From positions 1-35,644 of IMG/VR virus record IMGVR_UViG_3300030372_001743: a stretch of DNA of 35,644 nucleotides; one strand, given 5' to 3'. The stretch is from a virus. Its lineage: Duplodnaviria > Caudoviricetes. The notes under the pieces are model-generated. The model had not been told where the DNA came from. It saw only the letters and a program-made list of their open reading frames with translations, and did no database searches. Shown here piece after piece: positions 24,001 to 31,017 of this stretch. How positions within the stretch are numbered: position 1 is the first letter of the stretch; each line of letters opens with the position of its first letter. A program made the position numbers and the translations under genes.

Positions 24001-27000
24001 AGCTGCCTCTTCAACATATCCAGATTTCATCTGAACTACAGATCCACCTTCTCTCTTAACATATCCATAAGGACCATAAATTGGATTTCCATCATATGCC
24101 CATCCAATAATTGGAGAATGGTCTGCAGACTCAACTTCTTGACCATTAATTCTCTTCAAATCAGGTTGTCCATATAATGAAGTTCCCTCTTGATTAGTTG
24201 CATATAAACCTTCTCTTAGTTTTCTAGGAGCATATAGATGAGTATATTGAAGACCATATTTCTTGTTCAATCCATTTACAATAATACCATCATCTGATGT
24301 TACCTGCTCCCCTTGATAATATTTTTCAAATAAGTTAATAGTCCATTGTTGAACATTAGGACGAAGTTTTACTCCTTCACCAGGTGAAAGAACATCTATG
24401 GATGTAGCATCTTTTGTAAATCCAATTCCTTTTTGTAAAACTCTGACTTCCTCTAAAAGATATTTTGCATTTGTTCCAATTCCAACAGTTTTAAGAACAG
24501 GAGTCAATACTGCACCAGATCCATCACCATTTATTTGAAGATCTGGAGGAGCAATATAATCTTTACCTTTATTTTCTACAATAACTTCAGTAATAGATCC
24601 ATTATGAATAATTGGTGTTAATTGAGCATCAGTACCAGAGGATAGACTTACATCTGGAGTTCTATTGAAATTAATAATTTCTGATGATCCATATCCAACA
24701 CCTTTATCAGCAAGATGAATTGATGTTACTTCTCCTCTGAATATTGGTTGAACTTTAGCTTCAAAAGTTTCTACACCAACAGATGCTACACCTACATTAC
24801 CAGTTATAGTTACAGCAATTTCAGGATAATTGAATTGATGGGTTCCAACACCAATATTTGTTAAAGGACGATATTGCTTGGTTCTATAATAGAAATCCTT
24901 AGCTGTGGTTCCAACACCAACACTTGTTAATTTAAAATTATCATTATCAACAAAACAAACATAGTAATCTGTAGCAGTTGTTAATCCAGTAATAGGAGTT
25001 CCTGTGCATGTATAATTTACAATTTCACCATCTTTATAATCATGGTTTACAATCTTTACTTGATCTAATGATGTGGTAATACCTGCAGGTTGAACTGTTC
25101 TTTTTTTATTTTCATAACCTGCTCCAGAGTCAATAACATTAATAGATTCAATTATTGATTTTGTTTTGGTAGCATTTATAAATTGTGTACCTGAACCACG
25201 AGAGGTTAGAACAACTGTATTAATACCAGCAAGAGCACCAGCCTCATCAGTATGAAGTCTTATTGTAGTGCCTCCAGAACCGACTACAGAGGCATAGTAA
25301 CTAGCACTAGTAGTCAAACCACCTACCGACTCCTGATTGTCTGTTACATAGATAATTTGCTCACCATTAGCAAATTTATGGTAAGTACTAAATCCAATTG
25401 TAGATGGTAAAGTTCCTGTTGTTCCTAATCCTACTTTTTCTGAAGATGCTGTAAAAGGAATAGAATGATCCACATTCTGCATGTTTATTGCAGCAACAGC
25501 ATCTTGCCCATTTCCACCTGTAATTTTTATTGTAGGCTTTTCTTCATATCCAAAACCAGGATCTATAATTCTAATACTTTTTAAAGATCCTTTAACAGCA
25601 ACAAATCCTGTAGCACCTGTTCCAACATTATCAGTTATTTTAGTGATAGGAGGATTAATTACATCATAATTAGATCCTGCAGCAAGAACATCTATACTTT
25701 GTAATTGTCCATAATAAACTTTTTCATAAGATTTATAATTTAAAATTTCTACACCATTTACCAAAATACCAGTAGATCCAGGAGTTGTTTCAGAGACTGT
25801 TCCAGAATCAGTTGGTAATGAAATTACTCTTGCTAATTTTTGTGATTGTAAAGTTTCTCCATTGAAATTAAAAGGTTCAATCCTATTATCTGTAGCAACA
25901 CCTGTTCTTGTGCCATCATTATCAAGGTTTATAAAGTTTCCATTATAAAGATCTGGTCTACTTTTTGCTAATTTAATTCTATTAGCATCTACCCTCTGAA
26001 TGAAATAAAGACCCTCATCTGTTAAAGATGATTTAATAATAAAATTATCAAGTTTAGTCCCACTGGTAGGGTCTACATAAACATCATTAACTATCTGTGG
26101 TGTATAATAAACAGAATCCCCAGTATAGAATCCATGATCAAAAATAGGAACACCAACGGGAGTAGTTGCATCGGCAATTATATCCCAAGTATCTCCACTA
26201 AAGTTTCCATTGAATATAATTCTATTAGCATTCACACCAAGAGATGATGAATCATATGATGGAATAGATGGAGATGTAATTAATAGTCTTTCTGTTTTTC
26301 TTTCTTTATAAACATTTTGAACATCTGAAGAAAATCTTGCAGCTTCAGGGAAGTTAAGTGCATTTGCTTTAGATAGTTTTCTTTCTATAACATATGGATT
26401 ACTATCCATATTTGTGGTAATATCAATTTCACCCTGCTCTTTTAATATAAAAGATTTTGCAGAAGTAATTTGACTTATAATAGATGCAGGAAGAGAAGTG
26501 TTTTCTCCTTGAGAACGAGAAATAACAGCTCTATCACCTACTTTAAATTCATGATCAACGTCAGTAAAGACTTCATAAGTAAAGTCTGAAACGTCAATCA
26601 AAGTTAAAGATTTAACTTTATAAGTTGGTGAAACATTATATGACCAACCACTTAATTTATACCCAGTATCACCAATTCCTAAAGTTTTAATTTTTATATC
26701 ATCACCATTTCCATAAAGGCAATTAGCATCTGAATATTCAACACTATTAATAACACTAGTAATTCTTACCTCGATTGTTTCATCTGGATCAACAACAGAA
26801 CTTCCATATGCAAATGTATTAATACCAACTACTGTTGCACTATCAATAGTTTTACCAATTCCACTTAATCCGAAAAATTGAGTTAAATTTTTAGAAGTAT
26901 ATGAACTTATTCCTACAGTATTATCACTATACCTAAAATGCAATTCACCTTCAGTTGCAAATCCAACTGTAGAGTCAACATCAAAGATAGTAGAACCTGC

Positions 27001-27984
27001 TGAAATTCCACCAACCAATCTAGTTCTTGGTGAAATCTCAAATGTACCATAAGTAGCACCTTCTACTCTTGAGTCTCTATTATATCCAGCATCTACACTA
27101 AACTTATAATATGTTTCTCCAACACCAACAGCAATTTTTTCTACATGAGTTATGGGAGCATATGCTTTATCAATATTATCACCATATTCATCTTGGAATA
27201 GAGTAGATAATTCCAAATTCATGGGATTACCTTCAATTGCTTGAACTACAAAATCTTTAGTAACTTTATAGTTAGCATTAGATGGAGTAAAGAGAAAATC
27301 ACGAGGTCTTATGATATTCACATCCTCATTATATAAAGATTTGAATAAAATTTCAAAACCTCTATCAGTTCCCTTACTTAGATAGAAATCCTTTGATTGT
27401 TTTATAAAGACTTCTTGATCTAAATCAGGAGTAAGTTGCCTTCCTTCTAAACCTGGTGTAATTTGATATTTTGTCTTCTTTAAAAATTCTTTAAGGAATA
27501 AACAACTTAAATTTTCTATTGTCGATCCTTTAGCATGTTCATCAGCTTCTGTAGTTTCAAAAACTAACTCTTCAGAACTGGTAGCACTCTTATAAGAGGT
27601 AATACCACTAAATCCCCTAATACATCCAGTAAATCCAAAAGTTGTTATTCCTGTATATGTAATAATCTCATCATTAATTTTCAACAACCCATAAGAATCT
27701 GGAAAACCCAGAGTTCCTGTAGGGAAGTTCTGCATATCAACATCAATCGCATCACTCGAAATACCAACTGTTGCACCCAATCCAACAGAGTATGTTAGAT
27801 TAGTTAGATTATCTACTTTTACATATTGATCAATATTCTGAACCAAATCAATTGGTCCACCTTCATATTCTTGTCCTTGATAATAAGATTTTAAAAATTC
27901 AGCAACTAATGGATAGTCTGACTTTACATATCCAGGTAATTGGTTCTGGACAATGTTATTAAACTGTACTCTTTTTGTTGTCAT
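15094..27984 (-). CDS. gp7: Giant baseplate wedge initiator / structural protein (4296 aa)
   Basis: N-terminus NQLPGYV...EFLKSYY, KDFYLSKGT..GFEILF, internal QDSDYYQNLSYSL. Lies between gp6 and gp8 and carries many repeated modules. Confidence 0.8.
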   Translation of the reverse strand: MTTKRVQFNNIVQNQLPGYVKSDYPLVAEFLKSYYQGQEYEGGPIDLVQNIDQYVKVDNLTNLTYSVGLGATVGISSDAIDVDMQNFPTGTLGFPDSYGLLKINDEIITYTGITTFGFTGCIRGFSGITSYKSATSSEELVFETTEADEHAKGSTIENLSCLFLKEFLKKTKYQITPGLEGRQLTPDLDQEVFIKQSKDFYLSKGTDRGFEILFKSLYNEDVNIIRPRDFLFTPSNANYKVTKDFVVQAIEGNPMNLELSTLFQDEYGDNIDKAYAPITHVEKIAVGVGETYYKFSVDAGYNRDSRVEGATYGTFEISPRTRLVGGISAGSTIFDVDSTVGFATEGELHFRYSDNTVGISSYTSKNLTQFFGLSGIGKTIDSATVVGINTFAYGSSVVDPDETIEVRITSVINSVEYSDANCLYGNGDDIKIKTLGIGDTGYKLSGWSYNVSPTYKVKSLTLIDVSDFTYEVFTDVDHEFKVGDRAVISRSQGENTSLPASIISQITSAKSFILKEQGEIDITTNMDSNPYVIERKLSKANALNFPEAARFSSDVQNVYKERKTERLLITSPSIPSYDSSSLGVNANRIIFNGNFSGDTWDIIADATTPVGVPIFDHGFYTGDSVYYTPQIVNDVYVDPTSGTKLDNFIIKSSLTDEGLYFIQRVDANRIKLAKSRPDLYNGNFINLDNDGTRTGVATDNRIEPFNFNGETLQSQKLARVISLPTDSGTVSETTPGSTGILVNGVEILNYKSYEKVYYGQLQSIDVLAAGSNYDVINPPITKITDNVGTGATGFVAVKGSLKSIRIIDPGFGYEEKPTIKITGGNGQDAVAAINMQNVDHSIPFTASSEKVGLGTTGTLPSTIGFSTYHKFANGEQIIYVTDNQESVGGLTTSASYYASVVGSGGTTIRLHTDEAGALAGINTVVLTSRGSGTQFINATKTKSIIESINVIDSGAGYENKKRTVQPAGITTSLDQVKIVNHDYKDGEIVNYTCTGTPITGLTTATDYYVCFVDNDNFKLTSVGVGTTAKDFYYRTKQYRPLTNIGVGTHQFNYPEIAVTITGNVGVASVGVETFEAKVQPIFRGEVTSIHLADKGVGYGSSEIINFNRTPDVSLSSGTDAQLTPIIHNGSITEVIVENKGKDYIAPPDLQINGDGSGAVLTPVLKTVGIGTNAKYLLEEVRVLQKGIGFTKDATSIDVLSPGEGVKLRPNVQQWTINLFEKYYQGEQVTSDDGIIVNGLNKKYGLQYTHLYAPRKLREGLYATNQEGTSLYGQPDLKRINGQEVESADHSPIIGWAYDGNPIYGPYGYVKREGGSVVQMKSGYVEEAALKENRPPLTVYGPGFFVEDYTFKEKTDETILDENNGRFCITPQFPNGVYAYFATLSNSGAEQGGQFNSYKLPAFPYLLGDNYQSTPDPFNFTQYSNQDDYLLEEDNWYRNTTPYNLIEGDTRYPYIPIPDSLLQTIDIKGTQPGAIESVGIITGGRNYRIGNRVVFNNEGTRGGGVAAQVSKLKGKSIESVSIATSSITGVEIYPGPQKGQYTVIADEPIQWINNDLINVTGLSTTSSNIEGTYNIGISSNRLFVAGVGTTAVAIGTDGATGIVTHFDVLGDLRFPTIRSNDILGIGTETVKVLNVESGKSRIRVLRGVNGVTGVSHTVTAEILEHPRKLTVNTGFTSTYEYRVNKQIYFEPKEAVGVSTLGGVGIGSTLVFSNPGIGITQLFVYSKQMYIPNHELKTGDKVTYAPGNGTGITIREDGKAGTASGITTLPDGKDLFVAVVNSNIIGLSTCKVGLGTTGTFVGIASTQRDSTTFFFAGIGTGVYHSLKTNYDVITGEINRVKATVSTGETHGLLNNDIVDMNVSPGISTTIVVKYNDYNRKVVINPKSFTAAGVNTTTNALTISNHGYKTGDKIIHTSEIPCGGLVNQQCYYIVKVDDNKFKLSDTYHDSIEEKPPIVGITSTSVGTINPVNPQIKLYKDCSAVFDVSDTSLSYVNQATNYSAFNLTFYKDENFTKIWDTSTLTKDFNVVRNGAAGITTDANVTLTVTKEIPTELFYKLDPIYDSNLPDVKKEVSIDKGVISGSQVTILESLYNGQQRITIAATNQFTYTLPQIPEKTSYGSLSDLSYETSSSNAFGEITSFEIKNPGKNYYSLPGITTINSAEGTNAIISGVSTSIGKIKTVRLKDVGYNFPSDPTLMPSASLPQVIELDALKSVESVGITSFGVGYISAPELLVIDGFTNKPVFDLDLRYTLGNPNVEILKNTFGIHDAPPTVIPLKNSNGVGISTVGFNTVSKNVTVTLATGFSTANSFPFEVGDLVYVEGISVGIGTTARGYNSSEYDYKLFNLTEVDPNLGGIGSITYNLTDFFGDLAPELTPGTYDFVNSAGRVVPQKYFPQFDVKLTKSNDYVPGETVTGTLSSTTGEVQYWEASTGILRISAQKDFVVNDIIVGGASGAQGTATSIKSFDAYLKLAATARVEGGWETESGFFNRTLQRFQDSDYYQNLSYSLSSRVDFEVWDDPVSTLNHTIGFKKFGDYQLESTPDQKDSLVVGLSTELSAYTVVNELQSTVNMHTVEDFDLASENVLRINNDTVSTEITFSSRILQDFQESIGNRVVSIDDFSGTFNSNPRSTRFTTVASWTLAERRALKYFLYVRDKRFTAQRQLTIVDIVHDNNFGYLNQYGKIDTVVDQGDFDFAISGSLGELRWFPVKFSVNDYFIASLSFNLDDNALSTGSTVVGPSIVDTESVAIGVGIGTTTIVGIASTYRSAHVMVSINPDINREEFEYNQFNIIHDGTTVDIMEYGRLSTNITEGYATRTGMGTYRGYIENDLIKIDFFPNSGVGIGTTGAINTMLVGMASSEYSGISTVELKHALLESRCTGIGSTTSPIENVIAEYPTDYQGAYCFVQVTDCTNKAYQMSEFLCINDFVTDETQESYDVEYGNVYSGNAGLGTIGSRVSAAGTMSIVFTPNAGLDVHTNVFSNVLRISDDLKDTIDFDNGAIESGFGDYEGTDRAVKREFELKHRSDTIFEKPFVGEDSSIVKADDDTIILPNHFFVTGEQLTYNHAGAGKTMAVGIATTNGFVGVGTTNKLPGTFFAVKVDDDSIKIAETAEKALKTVPEVVDITSVGIGTSHRFNSINQNSKLLVSIDNIIQSPIVSTAVTSHLTSSVVTTDEFINLAGITSIFGGDLIKIGDEIMRVDGVGIGLTNRIQVRRPWMGTALAGYSTATVVTKVVGNYNVVNNTINFVAAPSGNVPLSTTTNRPDERDWVGISTGSSFEGRMFMRSGVPDTSEETYYRNYVFDSLSDQFTGQKANFTLKSSASNVSGLTTDNAIILVNDVFQTPGPLNNYTLAQTTTGITTITFTGTGSSVSGDPNVGTLPLGGAIVSVASTEGFGYQPLVAAGGTAVVSTAGTITSVSIANTGSGYRVGVQTTVNVAIQTSTLPGVSVIGIGTAQISGDGHITGVAITNPYIFNLPLFISNVGYDTSSGLTTVTTSSAHGFSVGEEADITGIAFTNLSSSPKAITNFVYSATSGVATVTTSANHGFVANEDIVLTGLAITEGSSNITYPRTSDPYYTGSRISSVLTTKRFVIQVGAGNTALQYTSGGTAQLIKLPTNFPVDSTPVTRVIDTTTFAFDAGISTQVNLYNRGGVVRRPLKVIVDSPLSYSGIALTYSSDSPAGVGTGGIANVVVGQGSSIISFTITNTGSGYGNDEILTLPIGGPTGIPTDPTKTYKEFQLTLDPCFYDEFTGWSVGELETVDNVEKFITGTRKDFPLELNGETLTIRGRKGSKIIEQDLLLVFVNDVPQVPGEGYTFPGGSNITFTEAPKEGDSIQIIFYKGTGSQDVVERRVLETVKPGDELEIGHLESQDFWLTESVRVPLSVDSTDRVSTPPYYGPGNTADPNLERPIKWTRQTEDKIINQIGVGKDREIYEPVINPYSPIIKSVGIGSTVIYVENARPYFDPYNEVDDTSPEATDFDFQKKVRFISQEIRSGAAGTAIVSGLGTISSVAISTGGIGYSTAVVSFASTSIGDNTVGVVTTSTRAFGTPVISAAGTITGIALTAVGSGYTSSNPPSVLISPPVYDFAEEENTVGSYGGDSGVIVGFGTTTVGVSTGYQLVFDLHIPASSDLRNSNITGTAVTISGISTGDYFIVNDSNVGSASTSIRALAADGATIGIGTDFVNNVYEVNTFEIVQSPTGIASDGVGIGTTHMNRVFVKIGDNFTWTGQWPSFSGVGIQTGNYFGSYSWGKIMLPSRSESNAYDAYTLGGVGGITTSPVVRRSRSLKHKQYYTPPS

Positions 27985-28001
27985 TTTATAGTCTTTCTAT
28001 C

Positions 28002-30044
28002 TTAGTAGGATGAAGCTGCGGATGTTGATGCTGTAGAACTACCACTTGGTGTTGTATTAGTTGTAGTTGATGTGCTTGGAACCGAAGTTGTTCTTGTGGA
28101 TGTTGAAGTATTACGTCCACCAGAACGAACTAAATTGCCATTAGCATAACTGGTAGATGTAATGTAATTAGAACCAGAAGGATCTAATCCTGAAGATATT
28201 TCATCAACTACGGTTTCAAACGTACTGTTATTAATATCTAGTTGCAAATAAAGATCCTGTAATCCAATGACATCATTAGACATAGGACATGCAGAAATTT
28301 CAACAACAGTTTGACCATCTTTAATCATTCCAGACTGTATATTAACTGGGTTGATAGTAATGACTCCCTCCTTATAATTAATGGTTCCAACATTTCTTCT
28401 AATGATAGTAGGAGATTGAGATGCTTCTGATGGGACAGTAAAGAAAAATAGTGATCCAGTAACTCTATTTGTATTAGGAATATCAGATATATAAACGTCA
28501 TCCATAATACCAGCAACTCTAAATGCTGATGATTTAATATTATATCCACTCATACTCTTAATATGGAATTCATTACCAAAACCAATTTGATATTCAGCAA
28601 AAGCATTTAATACAGCTCTTATATCTCTTCTTATATAAATGGTCGTAATATTAGATGTAATGGATTCATTACTTTGGTCAATAATATTTAAAAACTTACT
28701 ATACTTAAATCTAGCACCATATTTATTCATTTCTGAAGATTCTGCATACTTAGTAGAGTTGGTTTGTACAACAGAGGATACATATGCTGAAGATGGTGCA
28801 AGATTACTGTTATAATAGATTTTTGAGTTAACTTCAATATAAAGATACTTCAAATCAAGTATTTCGGGGATAATTCCTGCTACCGCATACTTTTTCAACT
28901 TTAATTTTATTTGCTCTTTTATCAAATTCGGTAAAAAGTCACCAGTTTTGGGTTTTATACTAATAAAGACCTTTCCAAACTGAGGAGGAATCAAATCTTC
29001 ACCACCAAAAACTGAAATTGACTCAGTTTCGGGATAAATTCTTGATGGAATCAAAGATTCATAGTCATTTGACGTAACTGCCCTGTTTTGAGACGAATAA
29101 ATTCGTGGAGCAAACTTTCTAACCGACTCTACCGATTCAATTGTCTCTCCACCCGATGCAGGTATGCCAGTTGTCATCAAAGAGATGCCAGAACTGATTG
29201 TATATGACTGAGAATTGCGTGTATACTGAATTCTACCTGAAAAATTGAATGAATTTAACCCATTTGCAGAATCTCCACTAGAAGTGATGTAATCTATTGT
29301 AATAAAATTACCATCTTCGAGTTCTTTTCCAAAAATCCCATCTCCAAAGAATATTTGATACCTCTCATCTTCAATTTCTTGCAAATAATAAACTTTTGAC
29401 TCAGATTTTACGTCAAAAAGACTATTTTGCGAACTATATTTGGTTTCTGTGGTAGATGCTTCGTTCGGTCTTACAGAAACGGTCATTAAATCAGTGTCAA
29501 CACCAATATTTGGTATTATAAACTTCTGATTTGGAACTCTTGATGAATATGTGAAGGTTTGAGTTAAAAGTGTTCCTTCAAAAACCTCTACATCGTTAAA
29601 TTCTGCAATTCCATTTAAAACTGGAACTGTAATATCACTCAAAATTGAAAAAACAAAGGATGATCCACCAAATGGACTTGATGAAGCTGCCACAGGACCC
29701 TTCTTAAGAGTCAAAGAAGCAGGTGAAGGTGTAATTCCCTCTGTATTCACAAAGAATGACACTGTTGCCCTTGCTGCTTGCCTTGGACGAGGCACATAAC
29801 CTATGTTTCTAGCTAAAGATATAACGTTTTCTCTTAATGTAGCAGTATCAATGAACACCTCATTGGTGATCATGTTCGCATTGTATGATGTAATGTAGGT
29901 ATTATATGCCAAAACGTCCAAAATCGTTGAAAGGTTTGACCCTTCAAAGTCGTAATCGGTAAAATTAGAGTTTGATTTTAGATAATCTTGTAAAGTTATC
30001 TTAACTTGGTCAAAATCCAAGTTACTAAAGTTAGCTAATGGCAT
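28002..30044 (-). CDS. gp6: Baseplate wedge subunit
   Basis: LDFDQVK..L..YLK.NSNFTDYDFEGSNLS.ILDVLAYNTY, A.LRENV.SLARNIGYVP, FGDGIFGK, QNRAVT..DY. Confidence 0.95.
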   Translation of the reverse strand: MPLANFSNLDFDQVKITLQDYLKSNSNFTDYDFEGSNLSTILDVLAYNTYITSYNANMITNEVFIDTATLRENVISLARNIGYVPRPRQAARATVSFFVNTEGITPSPASLTLKKGPVAASSSPFGGSSFVFSILSDITVPVLNGIAEFNDVEVFEGTLLTQTFTYSSRVPNQKFIIPNIGVDTDLMTVSVRPNEASTTETKYSSQNSLFDVKSESKVYYLQEIEDERYQIFFGDGIFGKELEDGNFITIDYITSSGDSANGLNSFNFSGRIQYTRNSQSYTISSGISLMTTGIPASGGETIESVESVRKFAPRIYSSQNRAVTSNDYESLIPSRIYPETESISVFGGEDLIPPQFGKVFISIKPKTGDFLPNLIKEQIKLKLKKYAVAGIIPEILDLKYLYIEVNSKIYYNSNLAPSSAYVSSVVQTNSTKYAESSEMNKYGARFKYSKFLNIIDQSNESITSNITTIYIRRDIRAVLNAFAEYQIGFGNEFHIKSMSGYNIKSSAFRVAGIMDDVYISDIPNTNRVTGSLFFFTVPSEASQSPTIIRRNVGTINYKEGVITINPVNIQSGMIKDGQTVVEISACPMSNDVIGLQDLYLQLDINNSTFETVVDEISSGLDPSGSNYITSTSYANGNLVRSGGRNTSTSTRTTSVPSTSTTTNTTPSGSSTASTSAASSY

Positions 30045-30046
30045 TT

Positions 30047-30448
30047 TTATCTACTTGATTGCAAAACAAATTGTAATTCTTGTGCTGGAACGTTCCTTCC
30101 TATGATCTCATACTTTATAGTTAGATCAAAACTGTTGTTTTCAAAGTTTGGATCTGCTTCCACATCAATTAATTGCACTCTATCTTCGTAGGTTTCTATA
30201 GATTCACGTATTTCATCAACAATAACAGTAGCAGTGATGTCATCTATGTTCTCAAAAAGAGATTCAGTGATCCTAGAACCAAAAGATGCATTAAAAAACT
30301 TCTCTCCTGGTAATGTAAATACAATGTTTCGTATAGAACGTGCAATTGCATTCTCATTTTTGAGTGCAATAAGGTCATCATTCAGTGGATTAGACTGAAA
30401 TGTCATGCTAATGTCTTTAAATCCTTGACTAACTCGTTCTAGAGGCAC
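30047..30448 (-). CDS. gp25: Baseplate wedge subunit (GPW/gp25 family)
   Basis: FKDISMTF..NP...DL, AIARSIRNIVFT.PGEKFF...FGS, YEDRV. GTG start, directly upstream of gp6. Confidence 0.92.
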   Translation of the reverse strand: MPLERVSQGFKDISMTFQSNPLNDDLIALKNENAIARSIRNIVFTLPGEKFFNASFGSRITESLFENIDDITATVIVDEIRESIETYEDRVQLIDVEADPNFENNSFDLTIKYEIIGRNVPAQELQFVLQSSR

Positions 30449-30467
30449 ACTAATAGAGCAATTATTG

Positions 30468-30485
30468 TTTATTTATTAAGGATTA
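30468..30485 (-). promoter_or_regulatory. Late promoter-like element upstream of gp25
   Basis: AATAAATA at 30470-30477. The 18-mer is identical to 15079-15096. Confidence 0.65.
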
Positions 30486-30489
30486 TAAA

Positions 30490-30645
30490 CTAAAATTCAG
30501 ATAAGGTCATAGTTTGGTCGTCATAATCCAATCCATCATCCTCAAAGTCTCCAAAAATCTCACTTTGCACCATTTCATCACGTTTTTTAGGTGTAAGATG
30601 GTCATTAGATACCTCTCTTAGCATTTTCTTTTTGGAGTTTTCCAT
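30490..30645 (-). CDS. Small hypothetical protein, 51 aa, acidic C-terminus
   Basis: Hand-translated MENSKKKMLREVSNDHLTPKKRDEMVQSEIFGDFEDDGLDYDDQTMTLSEF*. Fills the gap after the terminator and is preceded by late-like TTAAATA (30665-30671). Confidence 0.7.
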   Translation of the reverse strand: MENSKKKMLREVSNDHLTPKKRDEMVQSEIFGDFEDDGLDYDDQTMTLSEF

Positions 30646-30674
30646 AATTTGAGTATGTTTTTACTATTTAACAT

Positions 30675-30698
30675 AAAAAAAAGAGGGTCTTAACCCTC
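30675..30698 (-). terminator. Rho-independent terminator
   Basis: Minus strand GAGGGT-TAAG-ACCCTC followed by T8, a few nt after the stop at 30704. Confidence 0.85.
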
Positions 30699-30703
30699 CT
30701 TTC

Positions 30704-30847
30704 TTATTTTCCTTGTCCTCGGTATGCTTTTTTTGCTTTATTACGAGACGTTGCGGATAGTAACGTTCTAGCCGAGCGTCCTTGACGAGTTTTTTTGGGA
30801 CGAGGGAGTTTATAGTTCCCATCTTTCGTCACTGTTAGCATTGGCAT
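30704..30847 (-). CDS. Small, highly basic protein, 47 aa (KKTRQG...YRGQGK type)
   Basis: Hand-translated MPMLTVTKDGNYKLPRPKKTRQGRSARTLLSATSRNKAKKAYRGQGK*. GGAGG RBS upstream, TAATG overlap with the preceding ORF. Confidence 0.8.
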   Translation of the reverse strand: MPMLTVTKDGNYKLPRPKKTRQGRSARTLLSATSRNKAKKAYRGQGK

Positions 30848-31017
30848 TAGTTGATTTCCTCCAATTTACGTTGAACTGATTCGGGGGTTGCTTTGATTCT
30901 GTAGTCAACCCCATCCCTACGAGAAAGTTCGGTGAGTATCTCTGCTGAAAGATCCCATAATTCTTCACTTCTTAACTGAGTGCTCACCGAAAACTTATAT
31001 GACCCTTGTTTTCTCAT
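30847..31017 (-). CDS. Small hypothetical protein, 56 aa (alternative GTG start at 30987)
   Basis: Hand-translated MRKQGSYKFSVSTQLRSEELWDLSAEILTELSRRDGVDYRIKATPESVQRKLEEIN*. Its stop overlaps the next ATG. Confidence 0.55.
   Translation of the reverse strand: MRKQGSYKFSVSTQLRSEELWDLSAEILTELSRRDGVDYRIKATPESVQRKLEEIN

Noticed and set aside
2062-25669. Short alternative-frame and plus-strand ORFs in the track (e.g. 2062-2358, 3375-3581, 14259-14629, 18311-18532, 22574-22819, 25481-25669, also 28325-28549)
   Set aside because: All lie within or overlap long, recognisable structural genes and look like shadow frames produced by codon bias. I saw no independent signals.
30928-30991. 9-bp inverted repeat TTCGGTGAG / CTCACCGAA
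   Set aside because: The arms are 46 nt apart inside a probable small ORF. Could be chance, with no further support.
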